DNA of 64,000 nucleotides from Escherichia coli (GTDB lineage Bacteria; Pseudomonadota; Gammaproteobacteria; Enterobacterales; Enterobacteriaceae): NCBI RefSeq assembly GCF_022846255.1, contig NZ_AP025682.1; one strand, 5' to 3'. Shown piece by piece: positions 54,654 to 64,000 of this stretch (position 1 is its first letter; each line of letters starts with the position of its first letter). The notes under the pieces were generated by a model. It saw only the letters and a program-made list of their open reading frames with translations, ran no database searches and was not told where the DNA came from. The position numbers and the translations under genes were made by a program.

Positions 54654-55580
54654 TTAACTTTCTATTTTTACTCTTTTCTCCACCATAAAATCAATAAAAG
54701 CACGAACTTTAGAGGGCATTCTCACCCGTGATGAAACATATATATAAAATCCAGGAAATGAAACGGCCCAATCCTCAAGAATCGGCTGTAACTTGCCCGC
54801 ATTGATATGTTCAGCGATTGCAAAATCCAGATGTTGAATGATACCCGTTCCATTCAGCGCCATTCGTATCATGCTTTCGTCATCATTAGAAATATACTTA
54901 CCTGACACCTCTATTTCGAACTCTTCATTACCCCCCACAACATTCGAAAACTCCCATGCTGAGAGTGCACCGCTACTTTTATGCCGCAACCGAAGACAAT
55001 TATGGTTACTCAATTCCTGAGGAGTTTCAGGAATACCGTGTTCTTTTAAATAATCTGGCGATGCCACAGTAACCAGTTTAATAAGCGGAGAAACAGGAAC
55101 GGCAGTCATATGCTCATCCAGTCCTTGCTCAAGACGTATGCCCACATCACAGCCGTCCGCAATAATGTTAGATAAACCGTCATCCATAATGAGTTCTATC
55201 TTTGTTTTAGGGTAACGAGTAAGAAACTCGCCAATATGAGGCTCAACAAGCATCCTTGCTGCAACACGGGAGGAATTTATTCTCAACAGTCCTGTAGGTT
55301 CAAGTTGGGTATCACCGACATCTTTCAACGCATCATCAATTTGCCCCAAAGCCGACACCAGCACTTCATACAGATGCTGTCCTTCCTCAGTAAGCGACAT
55401 ATTGCGGGTCGTACGGTATATCAGCTTGGTGTTAAGACGTTCCTCAAGAGATTTTAAATTCTGGGACAATGCGGCCCGCGTAATACCCATTTCAGAGGCT
55501 GCTCTGGAAAAACTGCCGGCACGAACAATCAGCGCAAACCAGGCAAGAGAAGGCAAAATTGAAGGCTCTATTTTCATCAT
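54654..55580 (-). CDS. LysR-family transcriptional regulator (ORF extends to 55643)
   Basis: LysR HTH (FSRAASEMGITRAALSQNLKSLEERL). Confidence 0.8.
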   Translation of the reverse strand: MMKIEPSILPSLAWFALIVRAGSFSRAASEMGITRAALSQNLKSLEERLNTKLIYRTTRNMSLTEEGQHLYEVLVSALGQIDDALKDVGDTQLEPTGLLRINSSRVAARMLVEPHIGEFLTRYPKTKIELIMDDGLSNIIADGCDVGIRLEQGLDEHMTAVPVSPLIKLVTVASPDYLKEHGIPETPQELSNHNCLRLRHKSSGALSAWEFSNVVGGNEEFEIEVSGKYISNDDESMIRMALNGTGIIQHLDFAIAEHINAGKLQPILEDWAVSFPGFYIYVSSRVRMPSKVRAFIDFMVEKRVKIES

Positions 55581-55736
55581 TGTAAACCTTAACTTAACAC
55601 TGTGATAGATATTAGACCATTGATGATAACCAATACAAGTCATACTATTACGCCGTTCGCGATATGAACACGAATGCCAGTTGCGGATAATAGAAATGAT
55701 ATTTAAATCTGTTTAGGCAAATCCCTGGAGCTTGAA

Positions 55737-56657
55737 ATGAAAACTGTTTCGATAAAACACACTTACTGGGATATAGCTGCTGATATCTATTTCCCTGACG
55801 ATTTTAATAGTGAAAAAAAGTATCCTGCCATTATCAGTGCCCATCCAATTGGAAGCTGCAAAGAACAGACATCGGGTAGTGTGTATGGTGCCGCCCTGGC
55901 AAAAGCTGGCTTTATCGTCATTGCTTTTGATGCCAGTTTTCAGGGAAGCAGCGGTGGAGAACCGCGTTATCTGGAAGATCCAACAATGCGAGTAAAAGAC
56001 TTCAGCATTGTCGTTGATTACCTTACCACCTTACCTTACGTTGATGCCGGGCGTATTGGTGTACTGGGTATTTGTGGTGGAGGTGGATATGCCATTAATG
56101 CCGCAATGACAGAACGTCGGATTAAAGCCATTGGTACTGTCACGGGTGCAAACTACGGGCGTCTTATGCGTGAGGGATTTACAGCGTTTAATCCTATCGG
56201 AGCACTCGAAGCAATGGCGCAACAAAGAACAGACGAAGCTAACGGCGCAAAACTTCGCGTAGATGATTTGCTCCCTTCTTCTCCGGAAGCAGCTCTTGAA
56301 GCGGGATTAACAGAAATAGACCTTTTTGAAGCAACAGAATATTATCGTTCGCCACGAGGCTGTGCGCCTAATGGGGTAAATCGTTCGCTATTTTCACATC
56401 AGACTGTTGCCGTGGGCTGGGATGCTTTTCATCTTGCAGAAGTCCTGTTAACTCAACCACTAATGGTTGTAGTGGGCGATAGAGTGGGCGCTTTTGGTGC
56501 CTATCGTGACGGCTGCGAAATTATTGGTCGTGCAGCCTCAAAACATAAAGAACTGGTCGTGGTTGAAGGTTATTCACATTACGACCTGTATGATAAGCCA
56601 GAATCTGTGAAACAGGCGCTCGATAAATTAATTCCTTTTTACAAAACACATTTGTAA
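55737..56657 (+). CDS. alpha/beta hydrolase, dienelactone-hydrolase-like
   Basis: 306-aa ORF with GICGGGGY nucleophile-elbow-like motif. Confidence 0.7.
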   Translation: MKTVSIKHTYWDIAADIYFPDDFNSEKKYPAIISAHPIGSCKEQTSGSVYGAALAKAGFIVIAFDASFQGSSGGEPRYLEDPTMRVKDFSIVVDYLTTLPYVDAGRIGVLGICGGGGYAINAAMTERRIKAIGTVTGANYGRLMREGFTAFNPIGALEAMAQQRTDEANGAKLRVDDLLPSSPEAALEAGLTEIDLFEATEYYRSPRGCAPNGVNRSLFSHQTVAVGWDAFHLAEVLLTQPLMVVVGDRVGAFGAYRDGCEIIGRAASKHKELVVVEGYSHYDLYDKPESVKQALDKLIPFYKTHL

Positions 56658-56828
56658 TAACTTTGCAGGGAGATTCATTATCTCCCTGACATTTATCCTT
56701 TATTGACTACACGACAATAATGAAATTACTCAAAAAGAATTCTATTAAAGAAAAAAGCATCAAAAAGTAGCAACTCAACTTATTAAGATTATACGCATTA
56801 AAATCAGATAAACATTTGAGGTATTGTT

Positions 56829-57971
56829 ATGACAAATAAACACCCATCATTGTTTTCTCCTTTTATGCTGACAGAAAAAATAAAGCTACGTAATCGTATC
56901 GTTATGGCTCCTATGACAACCTGGTCAGCTAATCCTGATGGAACCATCTCTGAGCAAGAACTCGAATTTTATAAACGTCGCTCACAAAATGTTGGTTTAG
57001 TAATAACAGGATGTACCTATGTCACGCCAAGCGGCATTGGGTTTACTCATGAATTTGCCGCGTATGACGACCGTTTCATTAACAGCCTTGAAAAGTTAGC
57101 AGCTGCAGCCAAAAGTGGCGGTGCTCCGGCTATTTTACAGATTTTCCACGCCGGTAATAAAGCTATCCCGGAGCTTGTGCCAAATAACGATGTTATTAGT
57201 GCCAGCGCATCAAGCGTAAAATCTGGTGACTTTATGAAGAGAGTGGTACAAAGCAGGGAAATGACTGAAAACGAAATTCAGGAAACCATTAGAGCATTCG
57301 GAGATGTCACAAAAAGGGCGATTAAAGCAGGTTTTGATGGCGTTGAACTTCATGGTGCGCACGGATTCCTTCTGCAGAATTTCTTCTCCCCTCTATTTAA
57401 CCAGCGTAATGACCGATGGGGAGGAGATCTTGAAGGACGTATGCGCTTCCCGCTGGCCGTATTACAGGAAGTAAAAAATGTAGTCTATGAATATGCGACA
57501 AAGCCCTTTGCTATCGGTTACAGAATATCTCCTGAAGAATCTGTAACAGGGGGGCTGCGGATAGAGGATACTTATAAACTCCTTGATCGACTCATTTCAT
57601 CCGGTATTTCGTATATACATACCTCGCTGGTCAGTATTAACGATAGCTACCCTGTTGAGTCGCCAAATGGCCCCCGAACTATTGAATTGATTTTAAATCA
57701 TATTGCAGGCAGAGTGCCGGTAATCGCCGCAGGTAAAATACGCACACCGTCTCAGGCTCAAGAAGCAATTTCCGCTGGCCTGCCACTTGTTGCGATCGGT
57801 AAAGGGCTGGTGATAAATCCAGAATGGGTGACTTTAGCTGAATCAGGTAGAAGTCATGAAATTCAAACAGCCCTTAATCCACAACGCGTTCCTGAATTAA
57901 CCATTCCGGATAAACTATGGGATCAAATTCAGGCATCGAAAGGAACTGGCTGGTTTCCGTTAATGGATTAA
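56829..57971 (+). CDS. NADH:flavin oxidoreductase, old-yellow-enzyme family
   Basis: 380-aa ORF with OYE-type TIM-barrel motifs. Confidence 0.85.
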   Translation: MTNKHPSLFSPFMLTEKIKLRNRIVMAPMTTWSANPDGTISEQELEFYKRRSQNVGLVITGCTYVTPSGIGFTHEFAAYDDRFINSLEKLAAAAKSGGAPAILQIFHAGNKAIPELVPNNDVISASASSVKSGDFMKRVVQSREMTENEIQETIRAFGDVTKRAIKAGFDGVELHGAHGFLLQNFFSPLFNQRNDRWGGDLEGRMRFPLAVLQEVKNVVYEYATKPFAIGYRISPEESVTGGLRIEDTYKLLDRLISSGISYIHTSLVSINDSYPVESPNGPRTIELILNHIAGRVPVIAAGKIRTPSQAQEAISAGLPLVAIGKGLVINPEWVTLAESGRSHEIQTALNPQRVPELTIPDKLWDQIQASKGTGWFPLMD

Positions 57972-58443
57972 ATATCGATTACTCTCCCGAGAGTAAAACT
58001 ATCAAATCAATGAGTAACCGATACAGCCTCGCAAATTCTTTCAGATAATTAACCCGTCACTGCGGCACGTTCTCTCGTAAGGCGTGCCTGCAGTGTAATC
58101 CAGTATGTATCCGGCATAGTTGACGGTTTAATAGACTCAATTCCTCTCCCTGGTTACCTACAACGATATCTTGTATAACACCCCAGGAGATACGACGTTA
58201 CGATGAGATGCGATATGCTCCTCAGCGCCAATCAACGCCAGGACTGGGCCAGTCTTGAGATCAGACTCATTCCCGTAACTGATTTCAGGCGACATATATC
58301 AATGACGTTGGGGCAATAAAAGATAGCCGATGTAATACATCTATTCAAATTTGTGATACATGTCAAAAAATTGGTTGACCAAACTCGTTATTTATATAAG
58401 GGCACTTACGAAGTGCACTCTTTTTTAAAGCGAGGAAGTACCA

Positions 58444-58545
58444 ATGAAAGAGAATAAAGTACAGCAAATCAGTCATAAACTGATTAATATCGTTGTTTTT
58501 GTCGCAATTGTAGAATACGCCTATTTATTTCTCCATTTCTATTAA
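58444..58545 (+). CDS. ykgR: 33-aa small membrane protein (MKENKVQQISHKLINIVVFVAIVEYAYLFLHFY)
   Basis: Short ORF with GAGGAAG RBS 7 nt upstream and one hydrophobic helix; too short for the ORF track. Confidence 0.5.
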   Translation: MKENKVQQISHKLINIVVFVAIVEYAYLFLHFY

Positions 58546-58880
58546 TAACGGCAATAAACTGTTCACTTCAGTGATATTTAAAATATGCATCCTCTCCCTT
58601 TTTTGTAAGTAATTATTATATCCGTGGGAGAGGAATACACATTGTCAGGTAATCAATCATGCTGCAATAAATCATCGGCCAGTAAAGTGGAGATAGCCTC
58701 CATTCTCGAAAAATCCATACTCTCAGCGAAACCATCATCAATCACTCATCCAGGCGTTTATGGGAGCGTCGCCAATGGCTGCTAACAATGCCAGACTTCC
58801 CCGTTGCGGAAATTCCACATCCCACAAATAGTCACAGTGATTGGGTGTTGAAATGATCCGGATGAGTATGTATCTTTACG

Positions 58881-58898
58881 GTTATGTTATAACATAAC
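58881..58898. promoter_or_regulatory. Zur box (GTTATGTTATAACATAAC perfect palindrome)
   Basis: Perfect 18-bp palindrome matching the Zur operator core, 9 bp upstream of rpmE2. Confidence 0.7.
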
Positions 58899-58906
58899 AG
58901 GTAAAA

Positions 58907-59173
58907 ATGATGAAACCCAATATCCATCCTGAGTATCGTACTGTGGTGTTCCACGACACCAGCGTTGATGAGTACTTTAAAATCGGCTCGACTATCAAAA
59001 CAGACCGTGAGATTGAGCTGGATGGCGTAACGTATCCGTACGTAACAATTGATGTCTCTTCGAAATCGCACCCGTTCTATACAGGGAAGCTGAGAACAGT
59101 GGCATCAGAAGGAAATGTTGCACGGTTCACCCAACGTTTTGGTCGTTTTGTTAGCACGAAAAAGGGGGCATGA
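58907..59173 (+). CDS. rpmE2: 50S ribosomal protein L31 type B (zinc-independent paralogue)
   Basis: [19 protein letters not shown]... L31 family, lacking the CxxC zinc ribbon. Confidence 0.9.
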
Positions 59174-59313
59174 TGAAAGTCCTTAACTCTCTGCGTACCG
59201 CAAAAGAACGCCATCCAGACTGTCAGATTGTGAAGCGAAAAGGACGGCTGTATGTGATTTGTAAATCTAATCCACGTTTTAAGGCCGTTCAGGGTCGTAA
59301 GAAAAAACGTTGA
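59173..59313 (+). CDS. rpmJ2: 50S ribosomal protein L36 type B (zinc-independent paralogue)
   Basis: Hand-translated 46-aa [53 protein letters not shown] overlap with rpmE2 stop. Confidence 0.85.
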   Translation: MKVLNSLRTAKERHPDCQIVKRKGRLYVICKSNPRFKAVQGRKKKR

Positions 59314-60327
59314 TTCAAAATTCGACGAATTAACGATATTTGTCTGATTAATAATCAGACCGGATTAATGTTGGTGTATTTATTACACCAGCATTAATTT
59401 TCCTGGGGATGTATCTTCCTGTTCATTTAAGGTCAACTGCCTGACGTTTCTCTCCGAATATTCCATTATATTAATGTTGACTTGTTGACCAGTTTCGCCC
59501 TGTATGCTGGCATCAACTCTATTTTAGACTGAACACGCCACTCAGTTTCCTCCCTTTGCGACGCAGCCTGCATTTACACTCAAACTGTTAAGATGATAAA
59601 TGTGGTAAATCTGTTGGTACTGACATAAAAACGTTTACGCCACAGGAACGGCCAGATCCATCGGTAACCCCATCGCCGACGTTCGAGTGCCAGTTAGAGT
59701 AACACGCACAGATGACTGAATGCAGTGCCCTGGCAAAGAGGCCATCGTTCCTGTGACAACTGGCAGTCTTCGTTTAACTTCACTTAATTTGGCTCTTGGG
59801 GGGCTTACCGGACAGATGACGTACTTACACCTGTTTAATTTTTCATCACTTATTGGGATGAACACCCATAACCATTTTGTGCGGCATGTTAATCCATTAA
59901 AACACCTTACCGATTGGCAAATCATCTTTAATTATGACTTATGATAGTTTTATATTCTATTTCTTATCATTTAAACTTGTTTTTTTACTAGTCCATTACA
60001 CAACACATTAAGACTATTCCTAACACCTCAGGGCAAAGTTCCTGGCTAATATAAAATGCAAGTAAGAATTGAACGTTATATTGCCAATAACCTTATGAAA
60101 CTGAATGTCTTTTTCTTCTTATCAAAAAAGCAATATTTTCATTTTTTGTAAATATTGACTTAACCATGGAATTCATTTTCTGTTCACATATTGACACTCA
60201 TCAGGAAAAAAACATAAATTTAAACCTAATCGAAATAATTAAAACTTAATCTCGTTTAACCTATATTGATATGTGCTACGTATCTTATTTACTTCCGATT
60301 TACTAAAGAAACTGAATGTACCTGTAA

Positions 60328-60939
<612 letters not shown>

Positions 60940-61013
60940 ACTCCAGGCAAGTTAGTTTTAAAAAATGACTCACCGGGACTTCATGTCCTCAATTCAACTC
61001 GGGAAGAAAAGCA

Positions 61014-61601
61014 ATGAAAAAAAAGGTTCTGGCAATAGCTCTGGTAACGGTGTTTACCGGTACAGGTGTAGCGCAGGCTGCTGACGTAACAGCTCAGGCT
61101 GTAGCGACCTGGTCAGCAACAGCCAAAAAAGACACCACCAGTAAGCTGGTTGTGACGCCACTCGGTAGCCTGGCGTTCCAGTATGCCGAAGGCATTAAAG
61201 GTTTTAACTCACAAAAAGGTCTATTTGACGTGGCTATCGAGGGTGACTCAACGGCTACCGCCTTTAAACTGACCTCACGCCTTATCACCAACACCTTAAC
61301 CCAGTTGGATACCTCAGGTTCCACACTGAATGTGGGCGTGGATTATAACGGCGCGGCAGTCGAAAAAACTGGCGATACCGTGATGATCGATACCGCCAAC
61401 GGCGTACTGGGCGGCAACCTTAGCCCACTGGCTAACGGTTACAATGCCAGCAATCGTACCACCGCACAGGATGGTTTCACTTTCTCCATCATCAGCGGCA
61501 CCACCAATGGTACCACCGCAGTAACCGATTACAGCACTCTACCGGAAGGCATCTGGAGCGGCGACGTTAGCGTACAGTTCGACGCTACCTGGACCAGTTA
61601 A
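61014..61601 (+). CDS. ecpA: E. coli common pilus major subunit
   Basis: 195-aa ORF with signal peptide and Thr/Ser/Gly-rich pilin-like composition. Confidence 0.9.
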
Positions 61602-61616
61602 TCTCTCTGATGTACC

Positions 61617-61640
61617 AGCAGGGGTACCCCCCTGCTTTAT
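61617..61640 (+). terminator. hairpin attenuator after ecpA (AGCAGGGG-loop-CCCCTGCT, then TTATT)
   Basis: 8-bp GC-rich stem followed by U-rich tract between pilin and chaperone genes. Confidence 0.5.
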
Positions 61641-61657
61641 TCCTGGACGGAATTGTT

Positions 61658-62326
61658 ATGAAAAAGCACCTTCTGCCTCTCGCTCTGCTGTTTTCCGGAA
61701 TATCACCGGCCCAGGCGCTGGATGTCGGCGATATATCATCGTTTATGAACAGTGACAGCAGCACGCTAAGCAAAACGATCCAAAACAGTACCGACAGTGG
61801 CCGCCTCATCAATATCCGTCTCGAACGGCTCTCTTCACCGCTTGACGACGGGCAGGTTATCGCAATGGACAAGCCGGATGAGTTGCTACTCACTCCCGCC
61901 AGCTTGCTGCTACCCGCCCAAGCCAGCGAAGTGATCCGCTTCTTCTATAAGGGACCAGCAGATGAAAAAGAGCGCTACTACCGCATTGTCTGGTTTGATC
62001 AGGCCCTCAGTGATGCGCAGCGCGATAATGCCAACCGTAGCGCTGTGGCCACTGCTTCCGCCCGCATCGGCACCATTCTGGTCGTCGCACCCCGCCAGGC
62101 GAACTACCACTTTCAGTACGCCAACGGCTCCCTGACAAATACAGGAAATGCGACGTTGCGGATCCTCGCCTACGGCCCCTGCCTGAAAGCCGCCAATGGT
62201 AAGGAGTGTAAAGAGAATTACTACCTGATGCCGGGCAAGTCGCGTCGTTTTACCCGCGTGGACACGGCGGATAACAAAGGACGGGTTGCACTTTGGCAGG
62301 GTGATAAGTTCATTCCCGTGAAATAG
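61658..62326 (+). CDS. ecpB: common pilus periplasmic chaperone (start at [11 protein letters not shown] begins 61610)
   Basis: Signal peptide plus 222-aa body in ecp operon order. Confidence 0.85.
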
Positions 62327-62351
62327 ATAGCTGTGCAGATGGATAACGACA

Positions 62352-64000
62352 ATGCCTTTACGACGGTTCTCCCCAGGACTGAAAGCCCAGTTTGCCTTCG
62401 GCATGGTCTTTTTGTTCGTTCAGCCCGATGCCAGCGCTGCTGACATAAGTGCGCAGCAAATAGGTGGGGTGATTATTCCGCAGGCCTTCAGTCAGGCGCT
62501 TCAGGACGGCATGAGCGTCCCGCTCTATATTCATCTCGCCGGTAGCCAGGGTCGCCAGGACGATCAGCGAATCGGCAGCGCTTTTATCTGGTTGGATGAT
62601 GGACAGTTACGCATCCGGAAAATACAGCTGGAAGAGAGTGAAGATAACGCCAGTGTCAGCGAACAAACTCGACAGCAACTGATGACTCTGGCCAACGCCC
62701 CGTTCAATGAGGCCCTTACCATCCCCCTGACTGACAACGCGCAGTTGGATCTCAGCTTGCGCCAACTGCTGCTGCAGCTGGTGGTCAAGCGCGAAGCGCT
62801 GGGCACCGTACTACGCTCACGTAGCGAAGACATCGGGCAGTCCAGTGTTAACACCCTCAGCAGTAATCTGAGCTATAACTTCGGCGTCTATAACAACCAG
62901 TTGCGTAACGGCGGGAGCAACACCTCCAGCTATCTGTCGCTGAATAACGTTACTGCGCTGCGCGAACATCACGTGGTGCTCGACGGCTCACTGTACGGGA
63001 TTGGTAGCGGTCAACAGGACAGTGAATTATATAAAGCGATGTATGAACGCGATTTTGCTGGTCACCGATTTGCCGGTGGAATGCTCGACACCTGGAACTT
63101 GCAGTCCTTAGGGCCGATGACCGCCATTTCAGCAGGGAAGATTTACGGCCTTTCCTGGGGAAACCAGGCCAGCTCCACCATCTTCGACAGCAGCCAGTCG
63201 GCCACGCCAGTGATCGCCTTTTTACCGGCGGCGGGCGAAGTACATCTCACCCGTGATGGGCGGCTACTAAGCGTTCAGAACTTCACCATGGGCAATCATG
63301 AAGTGGATACCCGGGGTCTACCGTACGGTATTTACGATGTGGAAGTTGAGGTAATCGTTAACGGTCGCGTGATCAGCAAACGCACCCAGCGGGTCAATAA
63401 GCTGTTTAGCCGGGGGCGTGGCGTCGGTGCACCGCTGGCGTGGCAGATATGGGGCGGTAGCTTTCATATGGATCGCTGGTCGGAAAACGGGAAAAAGACG
63501 CGACCAGCCAAAGAGAGTTGGCTGGCAGGTGCCTCGACCTCCGGCTCACTGAGTACGCTTAGCTGGGCGGCAACGGGATATGGATACGATAATCAGGCGG
63601 TGGGTGAAACCCGTCTGACGCTGCCGCTTGGGGGGGCGATCAACGTTAACCTGCAAAACATGCTGGCCAGTGACAGCTCATGGAGCAACATCGCCAGCAT
63701 CAGCGCCACTCTACCTGGAGGCTTCAGTTCGCTGTGGGTTAACCAGGAAAAAACCCGCATTGGCAATCAATTGCGACGTAGCGATGCCGACAACCGTGCA
63801 ATCGGCGGCACACTCAACCTGAACTCACTGTGGTCGAAGCTGGGTACGTTCAGCATCAGCTACAATGATGACCGCCGCTACAACAGCCATTATTACACGG
63901 CAGATTACTATCAAAGTGTCTACAGCGGTACCTTTGGTTCGCTTGGCCTGCGGGCCGGTATTCAGCGCTATAACAACGGCGACAGCAGCGCCAATACAGG
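62352..64000 (+). CDS. ecpC: common pilus outer-membrane usher, N-terminal part; continues beyond window end
   Basis: Hand-translated frame from ATG 62352 ([35 protein letters not shown]...) stays open to the window end, so it is absent from the ORF track. Confidence 0.8.
   Translation, partial: MPLRRFSPGLKAQFAFGMVFLFVQPDASAADISAQQIGGVIIPQAFSQALQDGMSVPLYIHLAGSQGRQDDQRIGSAFIWLDDGQLRIRKIQLEESEDNASVSEQTRQQLMTLANAPFNEALTIPLTDNAQLDLSLRQLLLQLVVKREALGTVLRSRSEDIGQSSVNTLSSNLSYNFGVYNNQLRNGGSNTSSYLSLNNVTALREHHVVLDGSLYGIGSGQQDSELYKAMYERDFAGHRFAGGMLDTWNLQSLGPMTAISAGKIYGLSWGNQASSTIFDSSQSATPVIAFLPAAGEVHLTRDGRLLSVQNFTMGNHEVDTRGLPYGIYDVEVEVIVNGRVISKRTQRVNKLFSRGRGVGAPLAWQIWGGSFHMDRWSENGKKTRPAKESWLAGASTSGSLSTLSWAATGYGYDNQAVGETRLTLPLGGAINVNLQNMLASDSSWSNIASISATLPGGFSSLWVNQEKTRIGNQLRRSDADNRAIGGTLNLNSLWSKLGTFSISYNDDRRYNSHYYTADYYQSVYSGTFGSLGLRAGIQRYNNGDSSANT

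Overview
This window is Escherichia coli chromosomal DNA, colinear (in reverse-complement orientation) with the K-12 prp-yah-bet-ykg-rcl-eaeH-ecp region, but from a non-K-12 strain. All calls rest on reading the supplied ORF translations and the raw sequence by eye; no database search was run, and statements about K-12 content are from memory. Conserved backbone genes: prpD (partial), prpC, prpB, prpR, yahO, yahN, yahM, yahK, yahJ, yahI, yahG, yahF, yahE, yahD, yahC, yahB, pdeL (yahA), betT, betI, betB, betA, ykgH, ykgG, ykgF, ykgE, rclR, rclA, rclB, rclC, ykgA, an intact eaeH/fdeC, ykgR, rpmE2, rpmJ2, ecpR, ecpA, ecpB and the 5' part of ecpC. Four segments look accessory relative to K-12. (1) About 6.4 kb between betA and ykgH carries a FimB/FimE-type tyrosine recombinase, a 246-bp segment flanked by perfect 16-bp inverted repeats, two LuxR-type regulators and an autotransporter; this is the most interesting system here and resembles the ipuA-ipuS-ipuR-upaE phase-variation locus described in uropathogenic E. 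coli. (2) A four-gene sugar-type ABC importer plus a small ASCH-like protein sits between yahK and yahJ, next to the poorly characterised yahDEFG-yahIJ cluster. (3) About 7.8 kb between fdeC and rpmE2 encodes two aldo-keto reductases, two LysR regulators, a hydrolase and an old-yellow-enzyme-type flavin reductase. (4) yahL appears absent and eaeH/fdeC is uninterrupted by IS3. No rRNA, tRNA, CRISPR array, transposase or prophage gene was recognised.
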